Virus record (IMG/VR): IMGVR_UViG_3300031647_000750 | Span: 25-64,024 of that record | Origin: a virus | Lineage: Duplodnaviria > Heunggongvirae > Uroviricota > Caudoviricetes | DNA: 64,000 bases | Reading direction: 5' to 3' (one strand) | In this document: positions 49,368-58,901 of the stretch, one piece after another | Layout of the letters: each line of letters begins with the position of its first letter | How positions within the stretch are numbered: position 1 is the first letter of the stretch | The notes under the pieces: model-generated | What the model saw: the letters and a program-made list of their open reading frames with translations, nothing else | What the model was told of the DNA's origin: nothing | The model's database searches: none | Made by a program: the position numbers and the translations under genes

Positions 49368-50252
49368 ATGCCATATACAGTAGACAATTTTGATAATACC
49401 ACATCAATCACAGTAAATGACGGTGCGATTAATACTGACACTCATGTGCAACTAATAGGAAAAAACTATTATGGTTATGGTACAGAGATAGCAGAAAATT
49501 TTATTTACTTGATGGAGAACTTCGCTAGTGCAGTTGCACCAGCGACGAATAAATCAGTAGCAGGTCAGATGTATTATAACACAACCCAAGATAGATTCTA
49601 TAGATTTGATGGCACAGCATGGGGATCACTTGATGGTTCGTCAACTCGCATTGTAACTGTGTTAGACATTTCAGATGTCTCGCACACCGTTACCGTAATG
49701 TATGATGATACGACAGCAGTGTCTGTTGTTAGTTCGGAAACATTTACAGTTAAGGCTGGCGAGGTATTGGTCGCTGAATTCCCAACCATAAACAAAGGCA
49801 TCACATTAAACAATGGTGCAGATTATAAATTCCACGGTACAGCGACAACAGCACAATATGCTGACTTGGCTGAGTTATACAAAAGTGACGCTTCATATGA
49901 ACCTGGCACTGTTATTAAAATTGGTGGGGAAGCAGAAGTAACACAAACAACTGAATTATTCTGCGCAAACGTATTTGGTATCGTATCAACTGACCCAGCA
50001 TATTTAATGAATAGTATGTGTGAAGGTACTACAGTTGCGGTAGCACTAGCGGGTCGTATTCCTTGTAAGGTTATAGGTCAAGTTAAAAAAGGCGACCGTA
50101 TCTTAGCAAGTGAAGAACCTGGCGTTGCACGTGTACCTACTGATTATGAATTAAAAGATATCAATGATTGGTATCGTATTGTCGGACGAGCATTAGAAGA
50201 CAAGACAACAGAAGGTATTGGGTTGGTAGAAGTAGTTGTGGGTGCTAAGTAA
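49368..50252 (+). CDS. Tail-tip / short fibre protein with a C-terminal chaperone-like domain
   Basis: LIGKNYYGYG...ENF...ENFA N-terminus; YADLAELY...PGTV...GIVST.PAY.MN...VALAGRIPCKV...KGD. Confidence 0.65.
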   Translation: MPYTVDNFDNTTSITVNDGAINTDTHVQLIGKNYYGYGTEIAENFIYLMENFASAVAPATNKSVAGQMYYNTTQDRFYRFDGTAWGSLDGSSTRIVTVLDISDVSHTVTVMYDDTTAVSVVSSETFTVKAGEVLVAEFPTINKGITLNNGADYKFHGTATTAQYADLAELYKSDASYEPGTVIKIGGEAEVTQTTELFCANVFGIVSTDPAYLMNSMCEGTTVAVALAGRIPCKVIGQVKKGDRILASEEPGVARVPTDYELKDINDWYRIVGRALEDKTTEGIGLVEVVVGAK

Positions 50253-50254
50253 CG

Positions 50255-51250
50255 ATGTCACCTATTTCAACTGGTGATCTGATTACAGCAGTTCAATTTA
50301 ATGAACTGGTAACTTCATATAATAAATTATGGGGAGACAATGTGGCATCTGCGATATTTGCAGATATCGCTACTAATTTCGATGAGCATTCGCACGGATG
50401 GGGACAAGCAACCGCTGAACCAACTGTGTCACCAGAAACTATAATAGAGACTGAGCATACCAATAGATTGTTAGCACAGATGAATGCTGGGCTATATCAT
50501 TACGATACCACATCATCATTGATTCCACATTTTAGTACAACCGTGATTGATGCTTCTTACATTACAAGTACAATTGAAGATAACATTGTCGATATGGGGT
50601 TACTTGCTAATAGATTTAAATCTGAATCTGACATTGCGCTCTTGGAAGCATCTGATGACGCGTCACCTACGTGGACTGACACCATCACTTCAGTTGGTAA
50701 GGCAGAGTTCACCAACTACGATGAAGCAAGATATTTTTTCAACTCAGGCGGCAAATTAACTATTGACTTAGATTCGATAGATGGCGACTGGGACGACATA
50801 TTTACAACTACTGGACAACTTGTAATATCGGCACTTAATGTAGTGAACGGTGGTACTAACCTAATTGATCCATTGTTGACTAAAGGATTCTATGGAATTA
50901 ATCCCAATGTCGACTACACTGAGGTGTTTTCTGTAATTGGCTATGTTGCATCTGGAGAATATTCTGGTAGTGCATATTCTAACAGAAGTATCAAGATATC
51001 GTTGAAAGGCGAAGAAACAGTCGTAGGTGGTGTGTTTAATCTTTATATTAAAGTAACGTTAACCGACGATGCAACATCTGGTACAATCAATTCACAACTA
51101 AATGCTGATTATGGCTATATAAGTCAGAATACTACGCCAGTAATACCATCTGGCAGTAATGATACATATTTCATAGCAGGCGTGCATGTTTATCAATTTA
51201 TACAAAGAGAAGTACCAACAATAACAGTTGACACATCCTGGACAATATAG
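50255..51250 (+). CDS. Virion structural protein (331 aa)
   Basis: GDLITAVQFN, GWGQ, ARYFFNSGG; last gene of the structural operon. Confidence 0.6.
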   Translation: MSPISTGDLITAVQFNELVTSYNKLWGDNVASAIFADIATNFDEHSHGWGQATAEPTVSPETIIETEHTNRLLAQMNAGLYHYDTTSSLIPHFSTTVIDASYITSTIEDNIVDMGLLANRFKSESDIALLEASDDASPTWTDTITSVGKAEFTNYDEARYFFNSGGKLTIDLDSIDGDWDDIFTTTGQLVISALNVVNGGTNLIDPLLTKGFYGINPNVDYTEVFSVIGYVASGEYSGSAYSNRSIKISLKGEETVVGGVFNLYIKVTLTDDATSGTINSQLNADYGYISQNTTPVIPSGSNDTYFIAGVHVYQFIQREVPTITVDTSWTI

Positions 51251-51263
51251 TATAATATAAATA
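51228..51263 (+). promoter_or_regulatory. Tandem sigma70 plus late promoter
   Basis: TTGACA(51228)-N17-TATAAT(51251) overlapping TATAAATA(51256-51263). Confidence 0.85.
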
Positions 51264-51291
51264 ACTTTAACCAATAAGGAGTTATACTATA

Positions 51292-51636
51292 ATGGATGAA
51301 CGCTTACAGAAAGCATTAGACTTCTCTAATTATTCACTTACGATATCAAATCAAAAGAAAAATCTAAAGAACCGATTAAATCAAATGCTATTAGTACATC
51401 ATAACAATGGTGTATTTGTGGCAGATCCCACTACTATCAATTTTGTATGTCACCTGTCTACCGCACAAGATACTGCGGTATTGTTAGATACAAAAGAAAA
51501 TCCTATCCGCATAACTAATCTAGTTGAATTTTCATCTAAGTTAGAAAGCGCGTATGACGATGCTATGCGTGAATACGAAGCAGAATTTAATAAAATTAAA
51601 AAACTTCGTAACCTTAATAAATTGCTGGAAGATTAA
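51292..51636 (+). CDS. Hypothetical protein (114 aa)
   Basis: AAGGAG SD; MDERLQKALDFSNY...LLD...P. Confidence 0.8.
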   Translation: MDERLQKALDFSNYSLTISNQKKNLKNRLNQMLLVHHNNGVFVADPTTINFVCHLSTAQDTAVLLDTKENPIRITNLVEFSSKLESAYDDAMREYEAEFNKIKKLRNLNKLLED

Positions 51637-52514
51637 TGACTGAAGGAATTTGTTTCTTTGCTTACAATAATGAGCAAATAGATTACGTCAAGTTGGCAAC
51701 CATCGCTGCATCATATGCAAAACTAAAACTAGGTAAGCCTGTGTGCTTAATAACAGACGCTGGATCATATGCATGGTTACAGCAATCACAGACTGAAAGT
51801 TTAATAGATTCATGTTTCGATCACATTGTATTGACTGACGATGAAATGAAGAAAAATATGAGAACGCACAATGATAGTCCTTGGTCAAACTTTCATGCGC
51901 AATTCAACAATAGCAACAAGCATAAAGTGTTTGAATACACTCCATTTGACAAGACTATTCTACTTGATATTGATTACATACTAAAGACTGATTTTCTAAA
52001 TATGGCATTCGATTACGAAGGTGTCGCAATGTATAGTAATGCAATCAATATCCGCAATGACAAGCCTCATTTGTTCGAGCAACAATTATATGATGTGGGT
52101 ATTCCTATGTGGTGGTCGACTGTAGTCTATTTTGATAAGTCAGAAAAAAGTAAAATATTTTTTGATACTTGGTCACATGTCGCAGACAATTATGATTTCT
52201 ATCAATATCTTTATAACTTCCCAGGCAAGTTATTCAGAACTGATTACTGTACGAGCATTGCAATTCATATTATGAATGGCATGATCCCAGGCGATGCAAT
52301 ACATGACTTTGGTGGTTTGCCTATGCAGAACATGTCTCAGAATGATGATATTATAGAAATAAAAAACTTGAATGAATGGGTATGTGTAGCGAGTGATACA
52401 ATCGAAAATTGGAATGATATCGCAGTACGACATAGCAATCACGATGTGCATGTAATGAACAAGCGATCATTAGATCGTATGAGCGATAGATTATTGGAGT
52501 TGTTGCATGAGTAA
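51636..52514 (+). CDS. GT-A fold glycosyltransferase-like protein
   Basis: TPFDKTILLDIDY (DxD), WSTVVYF, FRTDY. Confidence 0.65.
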   Translation: MTEGICFFAYNNEQIDYVKLATIAASYAKLKLGKPVCLITDAGSYAWLQQSQTESLIDSCFDHIVLTDDEMKKNMRTHNDSPWSNFHAQFNNSNKHKVFEYTPFDKTILLDIDYILKTDFLNMAFDYEGVAMYSNAINIRNDKPHLFEQQLYDVGIPMWWSTVVYFDKSEKSKIFFDTWSHVADNYDFYQYLYNFPGKLFRTDYCTSIAIHIMNGMIPGDAIHDFGGLPMQNMSQNDDIIEIKNLNEWVCVASDTIENWNDIAVRHSNHDVHVMNKRSLDRMSDRLLELLHE

Positions 52515-53358
52515 CGGATATGTGATACTGGCATTTAATGCCCAAGAACAGAAAGCAGCATCAGCATGTGCATACAGTATAAAAATTCAGAATCCTGATG
52601 CACATGTGAGCATGATAATTGATTCACTAAATAGTTTAATAGATGCATACGAAGAGCCATTTGATAATATTATTGAATTACCATATGATGCTGTAGAAGA
52701 TCTTCGCGTTAATGATTGGCAATTAAACAAAGTAACACCTTATGATAATACCATTGCGATTGATTGTTACTCTCTTGTAAAAGAAAAGCACGATGAGTTA
52801 TGGGATTACCTTAGTAATTATGAGATGTGTTATAGTATTCAAAGCATGGATTTCAAGACTAATATATATGATATAGTGCCTGCATGGTACGATGAATATA
52901 ATCTAAAAAAGATATCATCTGATTTATTTTATTTTAAAAAAGATTCTGAAATCGCAAAGCAATTCTTTTTATTATCAGAGTTGTATATGAAAGAGTGGGC
53001 AAATACATTAAGAGAATTCATTCAGTTTCAATATATACCAAATGATTATGAATCAAATTTAATGCATGCATTTATTATTTCACATCTTGATATACACAAA
53101 GATGTAACTCCTTGTCATGCAAATATATTAGAGATAATTGACATGAATCCTCTCACTGAATATTTGAAAGATAACGATAGAATAGAAAATAATTGGTCAG
53201 ATTATATCAATGTATGGACAAGCGCAGAAGCAAAGTTGAAGATACAGAATTATGCAATCAATCACACGATTTCCTACAAAGATGAAACCTTTATAACAGA
53301 CGAGATATATGACGAACATCGAAAGCAATATGAAACTCAAGCAAACTTGGTGGATTAA
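52507..53358 (+). CDS. Glycosyltransferase-like paralogue with a degenerate DxD
   Basis: NGYVILA, AYSIK, TPYDNTIAIDCY, FYFKK. Confidence 0.6.
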   Translation: MSNGYVILAFNAQEQKAASACAYSIKIQNPDAHVSMIIDSLNSLIDAYEEPFDNIIELPYDAVEDLRVNDWQLNKVTPYDNTIAIDCYSLVKEKHDELWDYLSNYEMCYSIQSMDFKTNIYDIVPAWYDEYNLKKISSDLFYFKKDSEIAKQFFLLSELYMKEWANTLREFIQFQYIPNDYESNLMHAFIISHLDIHKDVTPCHANILEIIDMNPLTEYLKDNDRIENNWSDYINVWTSAEAKLKIQNYAINHTISYKDETFITDEIYDEHRKQYETQANLVD

Positions 53359-54283
53359 ATACCACTCAGACACTGGTAAGATAGTTGGAGTGTCATCCAA
53401 AATGCTAACATCTGGTAACAAGAAACATTCTATAACTGCTACACATAATGAATTATGTCGTAAGTTAATTAAAGGCACAGTTTCTTTTAAGGCTTGTAGT
53501 ATAGTATGGGATGTAGAAAATGAAATATGGGACATTGATTTAAAGCAAGATGTACTATCGATCAACGAAGTTAACTCAAACTTTCTATATCAAATCAAAG
53601 AGACACCTGCGACCAAATCTGATTTACTGATACGTGTATACAGGAAAGAAAATATAGTTGAGATCGCTGTTGATATCGAGAACATAAAGCGGTCGATGAA
53701 CTTAACAGCGATTAATGATATCGCGAATAAAGAAAACGCGTTACTGAATTTATATATTACAAAGAAGAATGATCCTGATTATCTTATTCAATCAATGGAA
53801 GTTGATCCGTTAGTACTGTTCAAACGAAAGTCGGCATTGTTTAGGATACCATTAGATTGGGATGATGTATCATTATTCACAAGACAGATATTTAAAAATT
53901 ACAGTCTTGAAATATTTGAAAGATATATACCAACAATGGTTACTGCGAATAAGAATACATTATTGCAACACGCGATAACAAGTGATAGAGATGCACATTT
54001 ATGTATTACTGCATCTGGCAATACTATTAATATACATAGTAACATAGATGCAAAGCAAGATTACTTATTGGATAAAGACAGATATGTCGATTCAATGTTG
54101 AAATTTTTAGTATGTGATGAATCAATTGATAACTTCGTAGGTGCATTTGAAGTACCATCACATAAAATAATAAATGAAGATGATGTAAGTATTGATGTAG
54201 ATTTTGACATTCCGTTGAATCCATTATTCATTTTTAAGAACAAACATATGGCAGTTAATTTTACAGGAGATAGTAATGACTAA
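53309..54283 (+). CDS. Hypothetical protein (about 320 aa; start may be 53330)
   Basis: Overlapping operon gene; LYITKKNDPDYL motif. Confidence 0.7.
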   Translation: MTNIESNMKLKQTWWIKYHSDTGKIVGVSSKMLTSGNKKHSITATHNELCRKLIKGTVSFKACSIVWDVENEIWDIDLKQDVLSINEVNSNFLYQIKETPATKSDLLIRVYRKENIVEIAVDIENIKRSMNLTAINDIANKENALLNLYITKKNDPDYLIQSMEVDPLVLFKRKSALFRIPLDWDDVSLFTRQIFKNYSLEIFERYIPTMVTANKNTLLQHAITSDRDAHLCITASGNTINIHSNIDAKQDYLLDKDRYVDSMLKFLVCDESIDNFVGAFEVPSHKIINEDDVSIDVDFDIPLNPLFIFKNKHMAVNFTGDSND

Positions 54284-55259
54284 TATGGTAAGCGTTAATG
54301 ATTTTGATATCATTTACATAAGTTACGATGAACCAAACGCAGACGAAAACTATGCAGACTTGCTTGACAAGTGTCCGTGGGCTAAGCGTAGTCACGGTGT
54401 ATGGGGAAGTGATGCATCGCATAAAGCAGCAGCAGCATTATCTGAGACAGATAGATTCATCACCATCGATGCTGATAATATTGTAGACCCAAATTTCTTC
54501 AATGTCGAATTGGATATGGATAAGATTGGCGACAATGATGTTGTTAGTTGGGCTGGTAAGAATGAAATCAACGGTCTGATATATGGCAACGGTGGAATCA
54601 AGTGCTGGCCTAAGTCTGTAGTAGAGAATATGCGCACACATGAAGCAGCACCCGACACTGACAAACGCGCACAAGTAGACTTTTGTTGGAACATCAATTA
54701 TGTACAAATGAATAATGTATATTGTAATGTAATGAACAATGCGAGTCCGCTTCAAGCATGGCGTGCGGGATTCCGCGAAGGTGTTAAGATGGGATTAGTC
54801 GATGGCGATATCGTAGATCCTGCAAAGTTGAAAGCAACAGTACATAAGAAGAACTATCAACGATTGCTTACATGGATGTCTGTAGGTGAAGATTCTCTGA
54901 ACGGCTTGTGGGCGGTGTATGGCGCACGCTTAGGTTGTCATATGACTAACGTACTCAGAACAGAATGGGATTGGAAAAACGTACGTGACTTTGATTGGTT
55001 GACCAATTATTTCAATACTGAGATCTTACCACAGTTTGAAGGTGGCGATCAGTTGTGTATTCGTACTGGTGGTAAGTGGGATCTAGATAAATTAAAAGCC
55101 GACACAATTAGATTGGGTATTGAGTTGCAACGAGAATTGCAATTAGAAATTGCTGACCTTGATGTAAATGGTTCTAAGTTTTTCAAGACAGTTCAGATTA
55201 ATCCAAGTCGATTGGGCGCACAGATTAGAGAAGATCAAGTCATCGACACACTTGAGTAA
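54276..55259 (+). CDS. GT-A fold glycosyltransferase-like protein
   Basis: YISYDEPNADENY, ITIDADN (DxD), YGNGGIKCW, AWRAGFREGVK; AGGAG SD. Confidence 0.65.
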   Translation: MTNMVSVNDFDIIYISYDEPNADENYADLLDKCPWAKRSHGVWGSDASHKAAAALSETDRFITIDADNIVDPNFFNVELDMDKIGDNDVVSWAGKNEINGLIYGNGGIKCWPKSVVENMRTHEAAPDTDKRAQVDFCWNINYVQMNNVYCNVMNNASPLQAWRAGFREGVKMGLVDGDIVDPAKLKATVHKKNYQRLLTWMSVGEDSLNGLWAVYGARLGCHMTNVLRTEWDWKNVRDFDWLTNYFNTEILPQFEGGDQLCIRTGGKWDLDKLKADTIRLGIELQRELQLEIADLDVNGSKFFKTVQINPSRLGAQIREDQVIDTLE

Positions 55260-55262
55260 TAT

Positions 55263-55733
55263 ATGATAAGAGCAATACTAGCCGCTGATACTAATTGGGG
55301 TATTGGCAAAGATGGTACAATGCCGTGGCCACATAACTCAGATGATCTTAAATGGTTTAAAGAGTGTACTATAGATTCTACTGTGATCATGGGGAGAAAG
55401 ACGTGGGATTCATTACCATTCAAGCCATTGCCAGACCGACAGAATATTATAATATCAAGAACTTTAAATGTTGACACATACTATAACTGTGCTATAATGA
55501 GTATTGAAATATTAAAAGAGTTGGGACAACACTCATCTGAGCCTATTTGGATTATTGGTGGTGCACAACTCTTAGAAACAATGATACCTTTCATAGATGA
55601 AATATGGATTAGTCGCATTGGCGAGGTATATGCATGTGATACATTTTTACCAGAGCAAGCGATTAAAAAATTGTTCAGATGTACTAATATAGATCACGAT
55701 ACACTAACAATAGAGAAATGGCAGAAGATTTAA
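55263..55733 (+). CDS. frd: Dihydrofolate reductase
   Basis: GIGKDGTMPW, DLKWFK, VIMGRKTWDSL, PLPDRQN, IIGG, CDTF. Confidence 0.95.
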   Translation: MIRAILAADTNWGIGKDGTMPWPHNSDDLKWFKECTIDSTVIMGRKTWDSLPFKPLPDRQNIIISRTLNVDTYYNCAIMSIEILKELGQHSSEPIWIIGGAQLLETMIPFIDEIWISRIGEVYACDTFLPEQAIKKLFRCTNIDHDTLTIEKWQKI

Positions 55734-56581
55734 TGAAACAATATTTACAATCGCTAAGTGATGTATCAGAATACGGCGAAGAGAAAACAGATCGTACTGG
55801 CACAGGTACAGTTAGTTTGTTTGGACATCAGTCAAGATATAATCTACAAGATGGGTTCCCCGCAGTGACTACAAAGAAGTTAGCATGGAAGTCAGTAGTA
55901 AGTGAACTACTTTGGTTCTTAGAAGGTAGCACAGACGAGCGAAGATTGGCTGAAATACTACATGGTACTCGTGACATCAATAAGAAAACCATCTGGACTG
56001 CCAATGCAGACAATCAAGGTGTGGCATTAGGCTACACTAATACAGATACAGTCAAAGATCTTGGTCCTGTGTATGGCAAGCAGTGGGTAGATTTCGGTGG
56101 TGTAAATCAGATTGAATGGGCGATCAACGAGATCAAGACTAATCCAGACAGTAGACGTATCATTGTAAGCGCATGGAATCCACCTGAGATTGATAAGATG
56201 GCATTGCCGCCTTGTCATACATTGTTTCAATTCTATGTAACGAACGGAAAATTAAGTTGTCAGATGTATCAGCGTAGTGCTGATATGTTTCTTGGAGTAC
56301 CCTTCAATATTGCAAGTTATTCATTGTTGGTTCACATCATAGCAAACATTTGTGACTTAGAAGTAGGTACGTTCGTGCATACAATTGGTGATGCACATAT
56401 CTATCAGAACCATGCAACACAAGTAAACGAACAATTGGCACGCACCCCGATGGAGTTGCCAACACTAAATATAAGTAAGAAATTCACATCATTATCTGAT
56501 GTAATAGAATCTTCTGTAGAAGATTATCAATTATTGAATTACTATCCAATGCCTTTCATCAAAGCCCCAATGGCAGTATAA
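55733..56581 (+). CDS. td: Thymidylate synthase (ThyA type)
   Basis: DRTGTGT, ELLWFL, LGPVYGKQW, ALPPCH, QRSADMFLGVPFNIASY, HIYQNH. Confidence 0.97.
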   Translation: MKQYLQSLSDVSEYGEEKTDRTGTGTVSLFGHQSRYNLQDGFPAVTTKKLAWKSVVSELLWFLEGSTDERRLAEILHGTRDINKKTIWTANADNQGVALGYTNTDTVKDLGPVYGKQWVDFGGVNQIEWAINEIKTNPDSRRIIVSAWNPPEIDKMALPPCHTLFQFYVTNGKLSCQMYQRSADMFLGVPFNIASYSLLVHIIANICDLEVGTFVHTIGDAHIYQNHATQVNEQLARTPMELPTLNISKKFTSLSDVIESSVEDYQLLNYYPMPFIKAPMAV

Positions 56582-57333
56582 TGACTAAATCAAAAGTAGT
56601 GGTAGTCTCTGGCGGATTCGACCCGTTGCATAGTGGACACATTGCTATGTTTGAATCAGCAGCATTACTAGGCGATCGTCTTGTTGTCACTGTGAATAGT
56701 GACGAATGGTTAACTCGTAAAAAAGGTAGACCATTCATGTCGCAAAGCGAACGCATGAATATTATTGAAAATCTTAAAATGGTTACAATGACAATTGCGT
56801 TTGATGATTCAGATGACTCTGCAATAGATGCGTTATTAAAAACAAAAGAAGCATTCCCTACAAGTGATATTATTTTTGCCAATGGTGGCGACAGGACTGT
56901 GTATAATATTCCAGAGATGTCGTTATTGGATGTTACATTCGTATTTGGAGTAGGCGGCAACGATAAGAAGAATAGTTCTAGTAGTATATTGGATGATTGG
57001 AACACACACCGAACTGAACGAGATTGGGGTTATTGGCGTGTACTTGATGATAAGAAAACTGTGAAAGTAAAAGAACTTGTTATCATGCCTGGAAAAAGTT
57101 TAAGCAATCAACGACACAAATTCCGTAACGAAACATGGCATGTTATTAAAGGTGAATGTAAAATTCAATTTGATGATACTGCAATTACGACCACGGCAAC
57201 TATGGGTGACATAAATATCATACCTATCATGTCATGGCATCGTGCATACAACGACACTGATGAACCTTGTCATATTATTGAAATACAATCTGGTGAGCAA
57301 TGCACCGAAGAAGACATAGAGAGAAAAGAATGA
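56581..57333 (+). CDS. Cytidylyltransferase-like domain fused to a mannose-6-phosphate-isomerase-type cupin
   Basis: SGGFDPLHSGH, FANGGDR, KKNSSS; then RDWG, LSNQRH...E.W, WHR, IEIQ.G...EEDIER. Confidence 0.88.
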   Translation: MTKSKVVVVSGGFDPLHSGHIAMFESAALLGDRLVVTVNSDEWLTRKKGRPFMSQSERMNIIENLKMVTMTIAFDDSDDSAIDALLKTKEAFPTSDIIFANGGDRTVYNIPEMSLLDVTFVFGVGGNDKKNSSSSILDDWNTHRTERDWGYWRVLDDKKTVKVKELVIMPGKSLSNQRHKFRNETWHVIKGECKIQFDDTAITTTATMGDINIIPIMSWHRAYNDTDEPCHIIEIQSGEQCTEEDIERKE

Positions 57334-58901
57334 GCAAGCAAATAAAAGATTCAAATTTAGAAATTCATCAAAACGGACAAATACATGGTTCGCATGAGAA
57401 TAAAATTGCAATGCGCGATTTATTAAATGACAAGGGACCTGGATTTTGTTTGGCAAAATGGACACAGGTAACTATGCACCTTGGTCAGGGATTAACTCAT
57501 AGTTGTCATCATCCGGTCGCACATAAAATTCCATTAGACGAACTAAAAGATAATCCTAGTGCATTGCACAACACTTCATTTAAAAAATCAATTAGAAAGG
57601 AAATGCTTAACGGAGATCGTCCAAAGGAGTGTGATTTCTGTTGGCGCATAGAAGATAACACGGGCGAGTTCAGTGATCGTACATTAAAAAGTTTAGATGC
57701 GTATAGTGTACATGATCACGACAATATTGTGGGAATGTCAGGCGATGAAGATGTAATTCCAAAGTATGTTGAGGTTAGTTTCAGTAATGTATGTAATTTA
57801 AAATGCAGTTATTGTGGTCCAAGTTTTAGTAGCAAATGGATTGAAGAAATAAAAACACATGGTGTGTATCAGTTGACCAATAGTAATTTTAACAATATTA
57901 CTGATGTTCAGTATAAAGACAGTGAAGATAATCCATACACTGATGCATTTTGGAAATGGTTCCCCGAAGCATCTAAGTCTATACACACCCTTAGAGTAAC
58001 TGGCGGCGAGCCGTTAATGAGTAAGCATACATTTAAGGTAATGGAATATTTGTTAGCGAATCCAAATCCGAATCTAGACTTTGCAGTGAACAGCAATGCA
58101 TGTGTTCCAGACAAACTTTGGAAAAAATTCACAGCACTATCAAAGAAATTAACAGACACTAATAGTGTTAAAAATATGACATTGTTTGTAAGTGCAGAAG
58201 CAACTGGCGATCAATGTGACTACAGTAGATATGGCATGAACTGGAATGTGTTTAAAGAAAATGTAGAATATTTTTTAGATAATACTGACAATAGTAGAAT
58301 TACATTTATGTCTGCGTTTAATGTGTTCAGTATACCATCATTCAAGAATTTATTAGAATATGTTTTATTTTTAAAACAATCTTACAACGTAAATGGTCTT
58401 GTCAGATGGTTTGAAGAATGCGGTCTTGATGTTTCTGCTACTCACAACTCGCTTAAAGCCCCGCTACATATAGGTAGACCAGATAAAAAAGTGTCTCGCG
58501 TGGGAATTGATATCCCGTATGTAAGACACCCTGAGTTTTTAGATGCAAACATAATTACGTTAGCATTAGTCCAAGACTATTTGTTTCCTGCTGTTGAATT
58601 TATGTATGCAAACACAACTGATTCTGGTTGGAATGATTTAATGGGATTTGAACCAGATGAGTCATTAAAACTAAGAAGAATTTTAATTGATATTCTGAAA
58701 ACTATAAAAGATCAAACCGCGTTAGATAACACAACAACTAATCACTCTATATCAATAAAGCGTGTAGACTTTGTTAAATTTGTAACAGAGTATGATAGTC
58801 GTCGAAATTTAAATTTCTTAGAGACATTCCCAGAGATGACAGAGTTTTTTGAAATATGCAAGTTGGAAGAAATTAAAAATGCAACCGCTACAGATTCTTA
58901 A
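57330..58901 (+). CDS. Radical SAM protein with an N-terminal Cys-rich (SPASM/Twitch-like) domain
   Basis: CLAKW, SCHH, CDFCW; CNLKCSYC; TGGEP. Confidence 0.88.
   Translation: MSKQIKDSNLEIHQNGQIHGSHENKIAMRDLLNDKGPGFCLAKWTQVTMHLGQGLTHSCHHPVAHKIPLDELKDNPSALHNTSFKKSIRKEMLNGDRPKECDFCWRIEDNTGEFSDRTLKSLDAYSVHDHDNIVGMSGDEDVIPKYVEVSFSNVCNLKCSYCGPSFSSKWIEEIKTHGVYQLTNSNFNNITDVQYKDSEDNPYTDAFWKWFPEASKSIHTLRVTGGEPLMSKHTFKVMEYLLANPNPNLDFAVNSNACVPDKLWKKFTALSKKLTDTNSVKNMTLFVSAEATGDQCDYSRYGMNWNVFKENVEYFLDNTDNSRITFMSAFNVFSIPSFKNLLEYVLFLKQSYNVNGLVRWFEECGLDVSATHNSLKAPLHIGRPDKKVSRVGIDIPYVRHPEFLDANIITLALVQDYLFPAVEFMYANTTDSGWNDLMGFEPDESLKLRRILIDILKTIKDQTALDNTTTNHSISIKRVDFVKFVTEYDSRRNLNFLETFPEMTEFFEICKLEEIKNATATDS

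Noticed and set aside
55733-56581. dCMP hydroxymethylase or intron-containing td
   Set aside because: It retains the dUMP-specifying Asn in PFNIASY, is continuous and sits beside DHFR, so it looks like an ordinary ThyA.
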